Numbered from the stretch's first letter, positions 27,028 through 37,375 are shown. The stretch: DNA of 64,000 bases from an uncultured Actinomycetota bacterium (GCA_963770565.1 CAVYQE010000001.1:1088001-1152000); one strand, 5' to 3'. Numbers and translations are program-made. The notes: generated from the letters alone by a model not told the origin.

Positions 27028-28002
27028 TGCGCTGGCCCGCCGGCGGCGGGCCTTCGGCGTCGCACCGGCCGCGCTGAGCGCGGCGACCAGCTCGTTCTTG
27101 TTCATCCCCGATCGGCCGGCGACGTCGTACTCGGTAGCGAGCGCGAGCAGCTCGGGCTTGGTCAGGTCGGCCAACCCGGACTCCGCCGGATCGGACCGGG
27201 CCGGCTCGGCGGCCGGCTCGCCGTTCTTGGCGCGAGCGACCGAAGCCTCGAGCGCGGCCATCAGGTCGACCACGTTGGTCTTCGGTTTGGTGACCGACTT
27301 CGGGACGACCGCGTTGCCCTGCCGCTTGCGCTCGATCAGCTCCTCGATCCGGGCCCGGTAGGTGTTGTGGTAGCGCTCGGGCTCCCAGTCGACGCTCAAC
27401 GACTCGACCAGCGTCTTTGCCACGTCGAGCTCGCGCCCTTCGAACGTGACCTGCTCGGGCAGCGTCTCGAGCTCCTCGCTGGCCGAGCGGATCTCCGCCG
27501 GGAAGAACATCGTCTCGAGGATCAGGGCTTGATCGCCCGGGCGGATCGCGACCAGGTGCTCCTTGTCGCGCAGGATGAGGGTCGCGATGCCGATCTTGTT
27601 GGTCTCCTGCATGGCCTGCCGCAGCAGCGAGTACGCCCGGTCCGCGCCCTTGCCGCGCGGCGCCAGGTAGTACGACGCACGGAAGTGCACCGGGTCGATG
27701 CTGGCGAGATCGACGAAGTCGCTGATCTCGATCAGCTCGGACTTGCCGGGGGCGGCCTCCTTGAGCTCCTCCTTGGTGACGATCACGTACTCGCCATCAC
27801 CCGGGTCGTAGCCGTTGACGATGTCCTCGGCCGGCACCTCTTCACCGGTGACCTCGTCGACCTTCTTGTACCGGATCCGGTGCGAGGTGCCCTTGTGGAT
27901 CTGGTTGAAGTGCACGGTCTGGTCTTCGGTCGCCCGGAACATGCCGACCGGCACGCTGACCAAGCCGAAACTGACGAAGCCGGTCCACAGCGCCCGCGCC
28001 AT
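27019..28002 (-). CDS. ku: NHEJ Ku protein with C-terminal Rho_N/HeH-like tail
   Basis: MARALWTGFVSFGLVSVPV, RIRYKK, YYLAP, NVVDLMAALEASV; tail LTKPELLALA...GRSGMNKNELVAAL. Confidence 0.95.
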   Translation of the reverse strand: MARALWTGFVSFGLVSVPVGMFRATEDQTVHFNQIHKGTSHRIRYKKVDEVTGEEVPAEDIVNGYDPGDGEYVIVTKEELKEAAPGKSELIEISDFVDLASIDPVHFRASYYLAPRGKGADRAYSLLRQAMQETNKIGIATLILRDKEHLVAIRPGDQALILETMFFPAEIRSASEELETLPEQVTFEGRELDVAKTLVESLSVDWEPERYHNTYRARIEELIERKRQGNAVVPKSVTKPKTNVVDLMAALEASVARAKNGEPAAEPARSDPAESGLADLTKPELLALATEYDVAGRSGMNKNELVAALSAAGATPKARRRRASASA

Positions 28003-28121
28003 GTGATCTCCCGTCGGTCGCCCGCCCATACCGAGCTGCCCTGGCGTCACGGCAGCGTCATTCGGGGGTCTTCTGGGGCCTTTACCCCCACCGTGATTGT
28101 CGCATGCGAGCCTCATTGGTG

Positions 28122-29423
28122 ATGACCCTCGACTTGGAGGCGTTCGAGCCTGCTGGGCGCGGCGGCGACACTCTCGCCGGGCGCCGCAGCCGGGCGCAGC
28201 TGCGCCGGATGAAATCCACCGCGGTCGGCTTCCTGGCCGTGGCCGCCGCGATCTATGCCGCGACATTTGCTGACAAAAGTGGTGGCACCGGCTGGGTCGG
28301 CTTCGTCCGGGCCGGGGCCGAGGCGGCCATGGTCGGCGGCTTGGCCGACTGGTTCGCTGTCACGGCGTTGTTCCGGCATCCGCTGCGGCTGCCCATCCCG
28401 CACACCGCGATCATCCCGGAGAACAAGGACGAGATCGCCACCAAGCTCGGCACGTTCGTGACGAAGAACTTCCTCACCCCGGACCTGTTGGCCGAGCACC
28501 TGGCCGACGCGCACCTGGTGGCGCGGTTCGGCGCCTGGCTACGCGAGCCGGCCAATGCCACCGGGCTTGCCGCCGAGGTCTCGCGGGCGATGTCGGTCGC
28601 GCTCGACGCGCTCGACCGCGACACCGTCTTCGACTACGTGCTTGAGCTGACCCGCCGCGACCTGACCCGCCGGTCCTACTCACCGATCCTCGGGCAGCTA
28701 CTGGGCCGCGCAGTGCAGGGCGAGGCGCAACGACCGCTCGTCGACCTGTTGGCGGCGAGCGCGCACCGCTACATCGCGGAGAACCGCGAGATGCTCCGCC
28801 CGCAGATCAAGGAGTATCTCGAGAGTCGGCACTTCCTGGTCTGGCTGCTGATCACCGATCGGCGGACCGACCGGTTGATCGACTTCGCGCTTCGCGAGCT
28901 CGACGAGATCGGTCTCGATCAGGCGCACCCGTTGCGGTTGCGCCTCGACGAGCTGTTGCGCACGTTTGCCGCAGACCTCGAGACCAATCCGGTCACCGCG
29001 GCGCGGATGGACTTCGCGATCCGGCGGCTGTTCGAGGACGAACGCTTCCAGCAGCCGTTGCGGCGTTTCGTCGAGGAGGCCGCCGAGTCGTTGCGCGCCT
29101 CGCTCAACGACGTCGGGAGCGGCCTCGCGCCCCGGGTGGCGCAGTTCATCCAGGACATCGGGCGCCGGATCGGCACCGACCCGGCGTTCGAGGCGACCGT
29201 CGAGGCATGGCTGCGCCGGGCCGTGCTGCATGCGGTTCGCGACTACGGTGACGAGCTCACGGTCTTGATCGAGCGCACGGTCGCCGGCTGGAATCCCGAC
29301 GCGGCCGCGCGTCGGATCGAGCTCGCGGTCGGACGCGACCTGCAGTTCATCCGGATCAACGGCACCGTGGTGGGCGCGCTCGCCGGCCTCGCGATCCACG
29401 CGCTGACCGTCGCGTTCGGCTGA
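28122..29423 (+). CDS. DUF445 family membrane protein
   Basis: EAAMVGGLADWFAVTALFRHPL, IPHTAII, GRDLQFIRINGTVVG. Confidence 0.92.
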   Translation: MTLDLEAFEPAGRGGDTLAGRRSRAQLRRMKSTAVGFLAVAAAIYAATFADKSGGTGWVGFVRAGAEAAMVGGLADWFAVTALFRHPLRLPIPHTAIIPENKDEIATKLGTFVTKNFLTPDLLAEHLADAHLVARFGAWLREPANATGLAAEVSRAMSVALDALDRDTVFDYVLELTRRDLTRRSYSPILGQLLGRAVQGEAQRPLVDLLAASAHRYIAENREMLRPQIKEYLESRHFLVWLLITDRRTDRLIDFALRELDEIGLDQAHPLRLRLDELLRTFAADLETNPVTAARMDFAIRRLFEDERFQQPLRRFVEEAAESLRASLNDVGSGLAPRVAQFIQDIGRRIGTDPAFEATVEAWLRRAVLHAVRDYGDELTVLIERTVAGWNPDAAARRIELAVGRDLQFIRINGTVVGALAGLAIHALTVAFG

Positions 29424-29436
29424 GAGGGGAGTCGGC

Positions 29437-29889
29437 ATGGAGTTCACCACCGAGGTCCTGCTCCATGGCAAGACCGCGACCGGGTTCGTCGTACCGGATG
29501 AAGTCGTGGAGGCGCTGGGCTCCGGCAGGCGCCCGAAGGTCCGGGTCACGGTCGGCCCGCACACCTACCGCTCGACGGTGGTGCCGATGAGTGGGCAGTT
29601 TGTCCTCGCGCTCAATGCGGAGAACCGTACGGCGGCGGGCGTCGCGGCCGGGGATGTCGTGACGGTCCGGCTCGAGGTCGACGGCCAGCCGCGCGAGGTG
29701 GTCGTGCCTGACGACCTGGCCGCGGCATTGTCGGAAGACCGGGTGGCCGGCGAGGCCTTCGAGCGGTTGTCGTTCACCCATCGCAAGGAGTGGGCCCGGT
29801 GGGTGACCGACGCGAAGCGGCCGGAAACCCGCGTGAGCCGGATCGAGCGCACCGTCTCGGAGCTCCGGGCGGGCAAGCGGACCCACTGA
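29437..29889 (+). CDS. DUF1905 / YdeI-OmpD-associated family protein
   Basis: VPDEVVEALG, PKVRVTV, VPDDLAAAL, LSFTHRKEWARWVTDAKRPETR. Confidence 0.88.
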   Translation: MEFTTEVLLHGKTATGFVVPDEVVEALGSGRRPKVRVTVGPHTYRSTVVPMSGQFVLALNAENRTAAGVAAGDVVTVRLEVDGQPREVVVPDDLAAALSEDRVAGEAFERLSFTHRKEWARWVTDAKRPETRVSRIERTVSELRAGKRTH

Positions 29890-29970
29890 TCCGGAGCGGT
29901 CGGCCACGCCCGGCCCGGGCCTGCCACCTGCGGAATCCGTTGCATTACTGTGACGCCTCGCGGGTTTCCG

Positions 29971-29998
29971 TTGACGCACGACGGTCACGCCGTAGGAT
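29971..29998 (+). promoter_or_regulatory. Putative housekeeping-sigma promoter of the ABC operon
   Basis: TTGACG-N16-TAGGAT; a short palindrome CGGAATCCG at 29931 could be an operator. Confidence 0.5.
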
Positions 29999-30038
29999 TC
30001 GGTCGCCAAGGTGCACAGGAAGTGGGGACGGTCGCGGG

Positions 30039-31139
30039 GTGGGAGTCGACACGGACGAGTCCGCGGGCGGAACCGGCGGGTCGACTGCCGTCGCGCCTGG
30101 CGCCTCGGTGGCGATCCGGCTCACCGACGTCCGCAAGGCCTACGGCGACGTCACCGCCTTGGCCGGGGTCGATCTCACGATCAACGCCGGTGAGTTCTTC
30201 ACCATGCTCGGGCCGTCCGGGTCGGGCAAGACCACGTTGCTGCGGGTGATCGCCGGCTTCGAGCGGCCCGATGCCGGCGTGGTCGAGCTGCAGGGTCAGG
30301 ACGTGACCAGGCGGCCGCCGTACGACCGGGACGTCAACACGGTCTTCCAGGACTACGCCCTGTTCCCGCACATGACCGTCGCCGACAACGTGGAGTACGG
30401 CCTTCGGGTCCACAAGGTGGATCGCAACCGGCGGCGGTCCCGCGCGGAGGAAACCCTCGAGATGGTCGGCCTGAAGGGCCTGGGCGGCCGCAAGCCGGCC
30501 CAGCTTTCCGGTGGCCAGCGGCAGCGGGTCGCGCTGGCCCGCGCGATCGTGAACGAGCCGGCCGTGCTGCTGCTGGACGAGCCGCTGGGCGCGCTCGACC
30601 TCAAGCTCCGGCAAGGCATGCAGATCGAGCTCAAGCGGATCCAGCGTGAGGTGGGCATCACCTTCGTCTATGTCACCCATGACCAGGAGGAAGCGCTCAC
30701 CATGAGCGACCGGGTGGCCGTGTTCAACAACGGCCAGATCGAGCAGATCGGGTCGCCGGTCGACATCTACGAGCAGCCGACCACCGAGTTCGTCGCCGGC
30801 TTCGTCGGGGTCTCCAACCTGATCGAGCGCGACGGCCGCAACCTCTCGATCCGGCCCGAACGAGTCGAGCTGCTCCCGGCCGGAAGCCCGGCACCGCCCA
30901 GCACGGTCGCGGAGCCGGGCGTCATCACCGACGCGGTCTTCCTCGGCATGATGACCCGTTACACGGTCGCGCTCGACAGCGGCGGCAGCCTGATCGCCGT
31001 CCGGCCGAACCTCGAACGCTCCTCGCTCAGCCAGGAAGACCCACGTGGGCGGCACGTCGTAGCCGCGTGGCGCACGGATCAGGCGCACGACATTGAACTG
31101 TCCGCTACTTCGGCGGCCGGCCAGCAAAGAGAGTGGTGA
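30039..31139 (+). CDS. Polyamine-type ABC transporter ATP-binding protein (PotA/YdcT-like)
   Basis: GPSGSGKT, VNTVFQDYALFPH, LSGGQRQR, LLLDEPL, VTHDQEEA. Confidence 0.93.
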   Translation: MGVDTDESAGGTGGSTAVAPGASVAIRLTDVRKAYGDVTALAGVDLTINAGEFFTMLGPSGSGKTTLLRVIAGFERPDAGVVELQGQDVTRRPPYDRDVNTVFQDYALFPHMTVADNVEYGLRVHKVDRNRRRSRAEETLEMVGLKGLGGRKPAQLSGGQRQRVALARAIVNEPAVLLLDEPLGALDLKLRQGMQIELKRIQREVGITFVYVTHDQEEALTMSDRVAVFNNGQIEQIGSPVDIYEQPTTEFVAGFVGVSNLIERDGRNLSIRPERVELLPAGSPAPPSTVAEPGVITDAVFLGMMTRYTVALDSGGSLIAVRPNLERSSLSQEDPRGRHVVAAWRTDQAHDIELSATSAAGQQREW

Positions 31140-31141
31140 CC

Positions 31142-32347
31142 ATGAGGCGCAGCAGAAGGCTCAGTGTCGTGATGGCGGCCGCCGTGGGGGCGGTGCTCGT
31201 CGCCGCGTGTGGTTCGAGCAGCTCGGGCGGCAACACCGGCACGGGTGGCGGGACGACCGGGCTCACCATCCCGACCGCGAAAGACGCGGTGCCGAGCTCG
31301 GTCGGCACGGGCGAGGGCAAGCTCAACATCGTCGCCTGGGAGGGCTACGCGCAGCCGCAGTGGGTGAAGCCGTTCGAGACCGCCACCGGCTGCAAGGTCA
31401 ACGCGAAGTACGCCGGATCGTCCAACGAGATGGTGTCGTTGATGGCGCACGGCGGCGGCGGCCAGTACGACTTGGTGTCCGCCTCCGGTGACGCCGACCT
31501 GCGCCTGATCTACGGCGGCGACGTGCGGCCGATCAACATCAACTTGATCCCGCAGTGGAAGAACTTCCACCCGTTCCTGCAGAACCCTTCGTTCAACACG
31601 ATCGACGGCAAGCACTACGGCACGTCCTACGAGTTCGGCCCGAACGTGTTGCTCTACAACACCCACACCTTCTCGAGCGCGCCGACCTCGTGGTCAGTGC
31701 TCTACAGCAAGAAGTACCAGGGCAAGATCACGGTGCCGGACAACCCGATCCAGATCGCCGATGCCGCGCTCTACCTGTCGAAGACGCAGCCGTCGCTCGG
31801 CATCACCGACCCCTACGAGCTCACTCAGCCGCAGTTCAACGCGACGGTGGCCCTGCTCAAGCAGCAGCAGCCGCTGATCAAGAAGTACTGGGGTCTGGCC
31901 TCGCAGGAGATCACGCTCTTCCAGAGCGGTACGACGGTTGCCGGTGCGGCCTGGCCGTACCAGACCAACACCCTGCAGGCCGCGCACGCACCGGTCGCCG
32001 ACACGATCCCGTCCGAGGGTGCCACCGGCTGGGCCGACACCTGGATGCTCGCGACCAACGCGCCCGACCCGAACTGCGCCTACAAGTGGATGCAGTGGGT
32101 GACCACCCCCAAGGTGCAGGCGCAACAGGCGGTCTACTTCGGCGAGACGCCGGCGAACAAGCTCTCGTGTGGGTTGATGAACAAGGAGGCGAAGGGCTCG
32201 TGTGCGGCGTACCACGAGAACGCACCCGAGGCGTACTTCAACACGATCAAGTTCTGGAAGACCCCACTCGCACAGTGTGACAACGGCAAGAACGACTGCG
32301 TGCCGTATCTGAAGTGGGAGTCGGCCTGGACCCAGATCACGAGCTGA
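31142..32347 (+). CDS. Polyamine-type ABC substrate-binding lipoprotein (YdcS/PotD-like)
   Basis: Lipobox LVAAC, IVAWEGY, FETATGCKV, ASGDA, EGATGWADTWM. Confidence 0.88.
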   Translation: MRRSRRLSVVMAAAVGAVLVAACGSSSSGGNTGTGGGTTGLTIPTAKDAVPSSVGTGEGKLNIVAWEGYAQPQWVKPFETATGCKVNAKYAGSSNEMVSLMAHGGGGQYDLVSASGDADLRLIYGGDVRPININLIPQWKNFHPFLQNPSFNTIDGKHYGTSYEFGPNVLLYNTHTFSSAPTSWSVLYSKKYQGKITVPDNPIQIADAALYLSKTQPSLGITDPYELTQPQFNATVALLKQQQPLIKKYWGLASQEITLFQSGTTVAGAAWPYQTNTLQAAHAPVADTIPSEGATGWADTWMLATNAPDPNCAYKWMQWVTTPKVQAQQAVYFGETPANKLSCGLMNKEAKGSCAAYHENAPEAYFNTIKFWKTPLAQCDNGKNDCVPYLKWESAWTQITS

Positions 32348-32353
32348 TCGCGG

Positions 32354-33265
32354 GTGTCAGAGGTCGTCGCCGGCCCTTCGACCCAACCGTCGAGGGGCCG
32401 GCACCGGATCAGCGCGGCGCTGTGGCGCCGGGCCTGGTTGCGCGCGACCCTGACGCTGACGCCGCCCCTGGCGTGGTTCCTCGTCATCTACCTGGCGTCG
32501 CTCGTCGTCATGTTGATCACGGCGTTCTGGTCCGTGAACCCGTTCACCCTCTCGCTGGTGCACAGCTGGAACCTCGACAACTTCCGGGAGCTGTTCACCG
32601 CGACCTACCTGCGGATCATCGGCCGCACGGTCGGGATGGCCGCGCTGGTTACGGTGACCGACGCGATCGTGGCCTTCCCGTTCGCGTACTTCATGGCCCG
32701 GGTGGCGACGCCGCGGACTCGCAACCTGCTGTTCGCGGCCGTGTTGTTGCCGTTGTGGGCGAGCTATCTCGCCCGGGTCTACGCCTGGATCGTGATCCTG
32801 CAGGACAACGGAGTCCTCAACTGGTCGCTGGCGAAGATCGGACTCGGGTCACCCAACCTCGGTTACTCCAACACCGCGATGTGGATCGTCTTCAGCTACA
32901 TCTGGTTGCCGTACATGATCGTGCCGGTCTTCGGCGCGCTCGAGCGGATCCCGAGCAGCCTGCTCGAGGCATCGGCCGACCTCGGCGCCCGCGGCGCGCG
33001 CACCACGTGGCGGGTGATCCTGCCGCTGGCGCTGCCGGGTGTCGTCGCCGGATCGATCTTCACCTTCGCGCTGACCCTGGGTGACTTCATCACGCCGTTG
33101 CTGGTCGGCGGGGCCCGCTCGAACTTCATCGGCAACGTCATTTACTCGAACATCGGCGTGGCCGGCAACCTGCCGTTCGCCGCGACCCTGGCGATGGTGC
33201 CGATCGCAATCATGATCGTCTACCTGGTCGGCGCCCGGTTCCTCGGCGCCTTCGAGGACGCCTGA
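32354..33265 (+). CDS. ABC permease (PotB/YdcU-like)
   Basis: Hydrophobic; EAA loop LLEASADLGA; LTLGDF. Confidence 0.9.
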   Translation: MSEVVAGPSTQPSRGRHRISAALWRRAWLRATLTLTPPLAWFLVIYLASLVVMLITAFWSVNPFTLSLVHSWNLDNFRELFTATYLRIIGRTVGMAALVTVTDAIVAFPFAYFMARVATPRTRNLLFAAVLLPLWASYLARVYAWIVILQDNGVLNWSLAKIGLGSPNLGYSNTAMWIVFSYIWLPYMIVPVFGALERIPSSLLEASADLGARGARTTWRVILPLALPGVVAGSIFTFALTLGDFITPLLVGGARSNFIGNVIYSNIGVAGNLPFAATLAMVPIAIMIVYLVGARFLGAFEDA

Positions 33266-34059
33266 TGGCCGGGCGGGTCGGTGCTGTCCTGTTGCGGCTG
33301 TGGGTGGTCGCGGTCCTGCTGTTCTTGTTCGTGCCGATCCTCACGGTGATGCTCTATGCGTTCAACAAGTCCAATGTGCAGAGCTGGCCGATTCCCGGCT
33401 TCAGTACGCGCTGGTTCACCGTCGCCTGGCACGACCCGCAGGTCCGCTCCGCGTTGTGGTTGTCGATCAAAGCGGCCTGCTACGCCACCGTCATCGCGGT
33501 ACTGCTGGGGTCGGCGGCCGCGTTCGGCGTACACCGGTTCCGGTTCTTCGGCCGGGAAGCCGTGTCGCTGTTCCTGGTGCTTCCGTTGGCGCTGCCGGGC
33601 ATCATCACCGGCATCGCGCTGAACTCCACCTTCATCTTCGCGGGCGTGAACTTCTCGCTGACGACAATCGTGATCGGGCACGCGACCTTCTGCATCGTGG
33701 TCGTCTACAACAATGTGATCGCCCGGTTGCGGCGAGTGAGCGGGTCGATGGTCGAGGCGTCGATGGATCTCGGCGCGAGGCCGTGGCAGACCTTCCGGTT
33801 CGTGACGTTGCCGATGATGTCGACTGCGCTGGTCTCCGGCGCGTTGCTGGCATTCGCGCTGTCCTTCGACGAGGTCATCGTCACCACCTTTACCGCCGGC
33901 GCGCAGAACACGTTGCCGCTGTGGATCTTCGGCGCGATCCGGCTCGGCCAGCAGCTGCCCGAGGTCAACGTGGTCGTCATGGCCGTGCTGGTGCTGACTG
34001 TCATCCCGGTCGCGATCTCGGTGCGGTTGTCCGGGCGCAGCGGGATCGCGGGGCGCTAG
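33265..34059 (+). CDS. ABC permease (PotC/YdcV-like)
   Basis: EASMDLGA, ALSFDEVIVT, TLPLWIF. Confidence 0.9.
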   Translation: MAGRVGAVLLRLWVVAVLLFLFVPILTVMLYAFNKSNVQSWPIPGFSTRWFTVAWHDPQVRSALWLSIKAACYATVIAVLLGSAAAFGVHRFRFFGREAVSLFLVLPLALPGIITGIALNSTFIFAGVNFSLTTIVIGHATFCIVVVYNNVIARLRRVSGSMVEASMDLGARPWQTFRFVTLPMMSTALVSGALLAFALSFDEVIVTTFTAGAQNTLPLWIFGAIRLGQQLPEVNVVVMAVLVLTVIPVAISVRLSGRSGIAGR

Positions 34060-34577
34060 CTGCTCGGGTCGGGGATCGCCGCACCCGAGGGCAGGCCGGC
34101 CTCGACGTGCGCGTCGAAGATCGGCTGGAAGCCGCTCATGTTGGCTTCGCTGTGCGCGCCCTCTCCTGGCTTGCCGTCGACCACCTTGGCGAGCTCGCCG
34201 AGGCAGATGGTCCAGCCGGAGGCGTTGCGGGCCGCGGTGCCCCGCTCGCTGAGCAGGTTGGTGAGCACGAGCCGGCAAGAGTCCGGCTCGATCGGCTCGA
34301 GGTCGAAGCGAAGCTCGTCGTCCCGCCAGGTGAAGGCAAGCCGGCGCGGCGGGTCGTAGGCAAGCACGGTGCCGGTCACTTCCTCGGCGTGCGGATCGTC
34401 GAAGAAGCGCATCGCACCACCGGTGCGCGGCTCGATCTCGACCGATGACGGGAACCAGTGGATCAGCTCGCCCGGATCGCTGATCGCTGTCCACACCCGC
34501 TCGACCGGGTGCGGATAGGTGCGTTCGAAGCGGACGGCGGGCCGGCCGTCGATCTCGAGATAGCAACCGAGTTCCAT
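34056..34577 (-). CDS. SRPBCC/AHSA1-like protein
   Basis: VRFERTYPHPVERVWTAISDP..L..WFP, YDPPRRLAFTW, ASGW; coupled to the ArsR gene. Confidence 0.85.
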   Translation of the reverse strand: MELGCYLEIDGRPAVRFERTYPHPVERVWTAISDPGELIHWFPSSVEIEPRTGGAMRFFDDPHAEEVTGTVLAYDPPRRLAFTWRDDELRFDLEPIEPDSCRLVLTNLLSERGTAARNASGWTICLGELAKVVDGKPGEGAHSEANMSGFQPIFDAHVEAGLPSGAAIPDPSS

Positions 34578-34921
34578 CAACTCTCCTTGCCGTCGTGGCT
34601 GACCTCGGCGGCGGTGTCGAGGTGGCGGCCGAGGGCGTCGAGCCGGTCGTTCCACAGCTCGCGGTAGGGCGTCAGCCAGGCGTCGAGCTCGGCGAACGGG
34701 CCCGGGTCGATCGAGTAGATCCGTCGCTGCGCGTCGCGCTGCACCCGGACCAGGCCGCAGTCGCGAAGGACCCGAAGGTGCTTCGAGGCGGTCGGCTGGT
34801 TGAGGGGCAGGGCATCGACGAGCTCGCCGACCGAGCACGGTCGGGTCCGGATCTGCTCCAGCAGGGCGCGCCGCTGCGGGTCCGCAAGCGCGGTCCAGGT
34901 CGTCGTGGTTAGAGCAGTCAC
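34577..34921 (-). CDS. ArsR/SmtB family regulator
   Basis: ALADPQRRALL, QPTASKHLRVLRDCGLV, AQRRIY. Confidence 0.9.
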   Translation of the reverse strand: MTALTTTTWTALADPQRRALLEQIRTRPCSVGELVDALPLNQPTASKHLRVLRDCGLVRVQRDAQRRIYSIDPGPFAELDAWLTPYRELWNDRLDALGRHLDTAAEVSHDGKES

Positions 34922-34940
34922 GGTGGTTGAATATTCCCTA

Positions 34941-34956
34941 ACACGTATATACGTGT
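34941..34956. promoter_or_regulatory. Perfect 16-bp palindrome, probable ArsR autoregulatory operator
   Basis: ACACGTATATACGTGT, 20 bp upstream of the ArsR start. Confidence 0.6.
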
Positions 34957-35038
34957 CAAGGCATATACGGCGACTTGCCTCAAGCCGCGCACATTACGCT
35001 GGCCGATTCGCCGCCGGCTTCGGGTCGAGGAGTGCGCA

Positions 35039-35938
35039 GTGCAGTTCATCTACGGCTATCCCGAGCTCCGAGGCAGCGACGGGAGCCGGCTCGACCCCGG
35101 GCCGGTCGCCGCCCTCGCCGCCGCCGCGGAGGCGGCCGGCTTCGACGGTTTCGCGGTGACCGAACATCCGGCTCCGTCGGCGAAGTGGCTGGCCAGCGGC
35201 GGTCACGCGACCCTGGATCCGTTCGTGGCGCTCGGCAACGCCGCTGCCGTGACCACCCGGCTGCGGCTGCTGACCTACCTCACCGTGTTGCCGTACCGAA
35301 ACCCGATGCTGGTCGCCAAGGCGGCCGCGACGGTCGACATCGTGTCCGAAGGCCGGTTGATCCTGGGCGTCGGGACCGGGTATCTCAAGGGCGAGTTCCG
35401 CGCGCTCGGCGTCGACTTCGACGAGCGCAACGAACTTTTCGACGAGGCGTTGGACGTGCTCCCGATGCACTGGAGTGGCGAGCCGTTCAGCTATCAGGGC
35501 CGGCACTTCGAGGCGCGCGACGTGGTCGCCCGACCGGCGCCGCCGCGGGCGTCGATCCCGATCTGGATCGGCGGCAACTCGGCGCTGACCCGGCGGCGGG
35601 TGGCCGAACGCGGGCACGGCTGGATGCCGATGATCGGCCCGGCCGAGCTGTTCGCCACCACGCGCACGCCGTCGGTCGCGGGCGGCGCCGAGCTCGCGCC
35701 GATGATCGACGACGTGCGCGCGAGTGCAGCAGGGCGCGGTGTCGAGATCGACGTTGCAGTGGCCTACAACGACTTCGACGGCGCCGATCCGGTCGCCGAT
35801 CTGGAGCGACACCGCGAAGCGTTCGCGCAGCTCGCGGCGGCCGGAGTGACGTGGATCGTGATCCCCGGTACGACGACGTCGCGCGCTTCTTCGCTCGACT
35901 TCCTCGCCGCCTTCGGCACGACGTACCTCGGTTCCTGA
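35039..35938 (+). CDS. LLM class F420-dependent oxidoreductase
   Basis: AEAAGFD..AVTEHP, LDPFVAL, YRNPMLVAK, GRLILGVG, PIWIGGNS. Confidence 0.9.
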   Translation: MQFIYGYPELRGSDGSRLDPGPVAALAAAAEAAGFDGFAVTEHPAPSAKWLASGGHATLDPFVALGNAAAVTTRLRLLTYLTVLPYRNPMLVAKAAATVDIVSEGRLILGVGTGYLKGEFRALGVDFDERNELFDEALDVLPMHWSGEPFSYQGRHFEARDVVARPAPPRASIPIWIGGNSALTRRRVAERGHGWMPMIGPAELFATTRTPSVAGGAELAPMIDDVRASAAGRGVEIDVAVAYNDFDGADPVADLERHREAFAQLAAAGVTWIVIPGTTTSRASSLDFLAAFGTTYLGS

Positions 35939-36195
35939 CGCCGAGGCTTGCAAGCCCCACTCAGCGGTTGGTCGTGGCCTGGCAGATTCGGACGAAGCCA
36001 TGCGAATCGAAGAAGGCGGATGCCGATGCCATGTTGAAGCGCGATGGCCGATGAGGGGTCATAGAGCCCCCCTATGTGGCCATGGCGCCCGGCCACCATC
36101 CCGCCCGCCGGAAAGCTCCCTGGTGCCAGAGGTGGCCGACATCGTCGCGACCGAAGAGCCCGTAGGCTGGCTTGGCATCGATGCAAGGAGGGGTT

Positions 36196-36735
36196 GTGCT
36201 GACGGTTTTCGGTTTCGACCAGGTTGCGGTCGTGGTCGGCGACCTGTACTTCGTCGATCCCAGCCCGGCGCCCGGGCAAGAAGGTGCGGAGCGCGGCGTG
36301 CGGGTCGAGGTCCGCTTCATCGAGCCGCAGGCGCACGACGGCTCGATCTATGCAGCGCGGCCAATCGTGGTGGGCGAGCCGATCTGGCGGCTTGATCTGC
36401 TCGAGTCGGTAGCGGGCCAGCCGGGCAGCTTCGACCGGACCCACCATCACCCGTTGATGCGCGGGTACGAGCCGGGGTCGCGCCGGTTCGAACGCGAGCT
36501 GTCGTCCGATCCGCTCGGCTACCTCGCCGACCGGCTGCGTGATTTACCCGGATTGCTCGAACAGGCGGAGCTCCCCGCTACCCGCGCCTCCGACGAGGAC
36601 CTCCGGCAACTGTCCGGTTCGGTCGACGACATCGTGACGGCGACCGGCGCGATGCTCGAACAGGTACGCCGTGGCGACTTGGCGCGCGCTGCCGAGCCAG
36701 ATGAGTCGGGCCTCGCCCGCACCGGCTGGCTCTAG
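36196..36735 (+). CDS. Hypothetical protein
   Basis: RBS AAGGAGG before GTG; host-like codon usage; motifs DLYFVDP, ERGVR, DRTHHHP. Confidence 0.75.
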   Translation: MLTVFGFDQVAVVVGDLYFVDPSPAPGQEGAERGVRVEVRFIEPQAHDGSIYAARPIVVGEPIWRLDLLESVAGQPGSFDRTHHHPLMRGYEPGSRRFERELSSDPLGYLADRLRDLPGLLEQAELPATRASDEDLRQLSGSVDDIVTATGAMLEQVRRGDLARAAEPDESGLARTGWL

Positions 36736-36751
36736 GGCATCGGCGAGGTCG

Positions 36752-37315
36752 CTAGCTGCGTTCGAGCACTCCGCGAATGAACGCGGCCTGGCCGACGTGC
36801 TCGAGGTCGTCGCAGATCACGCTGACCAGCCGGACGCCGAGCGTCACCGGCGGATCCCATCGGTGGTCGACGATCCGGTCGAGATCGTCGTCGGTGAGCC
36901 CGGCCAGGTAGCCGACAGTCTGGTCGTGCACCGCCCGGTGATAGCCGATCAGGAGATCGGCCGACGCCGGTTGCACCGCGGCGACCTCCTCGCTGCTGTG
37001 CGAGTAGCCGGTCTCCGCCAGGTCGAACGGCAGCCCGAAGCGATCGGCCCAGCCCTGCGACTGCCAGACCTGCTCGAGGTCGGCAACCGCGGCGACGTGA
37101 TCGTCCTGGATCCGGGTCAGGTGCCAGATCAGCCAGCCGATCGAGTTGGCCCGCCGGTCGAGCCGGTGGGCGAGCTGCGCAGCGGTCAGCCCGCCGGCAG
37201 CCTGGTCGACCGCGTCGCAGATCCGGCCGAATGCATCCGTGAGCAACTCTGCGGTTCTCACTCGGCTCGCCTCATCACGAGCAAACGATAACGGCCGGGC
37301 CGACTCGGCGGCCAT
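36752..37315 (-). CDS. DinB/DUF664 (mycothiol transferase-like) protein
   Basis: NSIGWLIWHLTRIQDDH, WDPPVTLGVRLVSV..DDLEHVGQ. Confidence 0.88.
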   Translation of the reverse strand: MAAESARPLSFARDEASRVRTAELLTDAFGRICDAVDQAAGGLTAAQLAHRLDRRANSIGWLIWHLTRIQDDHVAAVADLEQVWQSQGWADRFGLPFDLAETGYSHSSEEVAAVQPASADLLIGYHRAVHDQTVGYLAGLTDDDLDRIVDHRWDPPVTLGVRLVSVICDDLEHVGQAAFIRGVLERS

Positions 37316-37375
37316 CCCACCGCCGCTGGCCTACAGTTGAACGAGCACCACGAATCCGCGCGAAGGGATGCCGCG

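Noticed and set aside
35940-36190. Possible riboswitch or sRNA in a 250-bp gap
   Set aside because: No known aptamer consensus or convincing long stem recognised; needs an Infernal/Rfam search.
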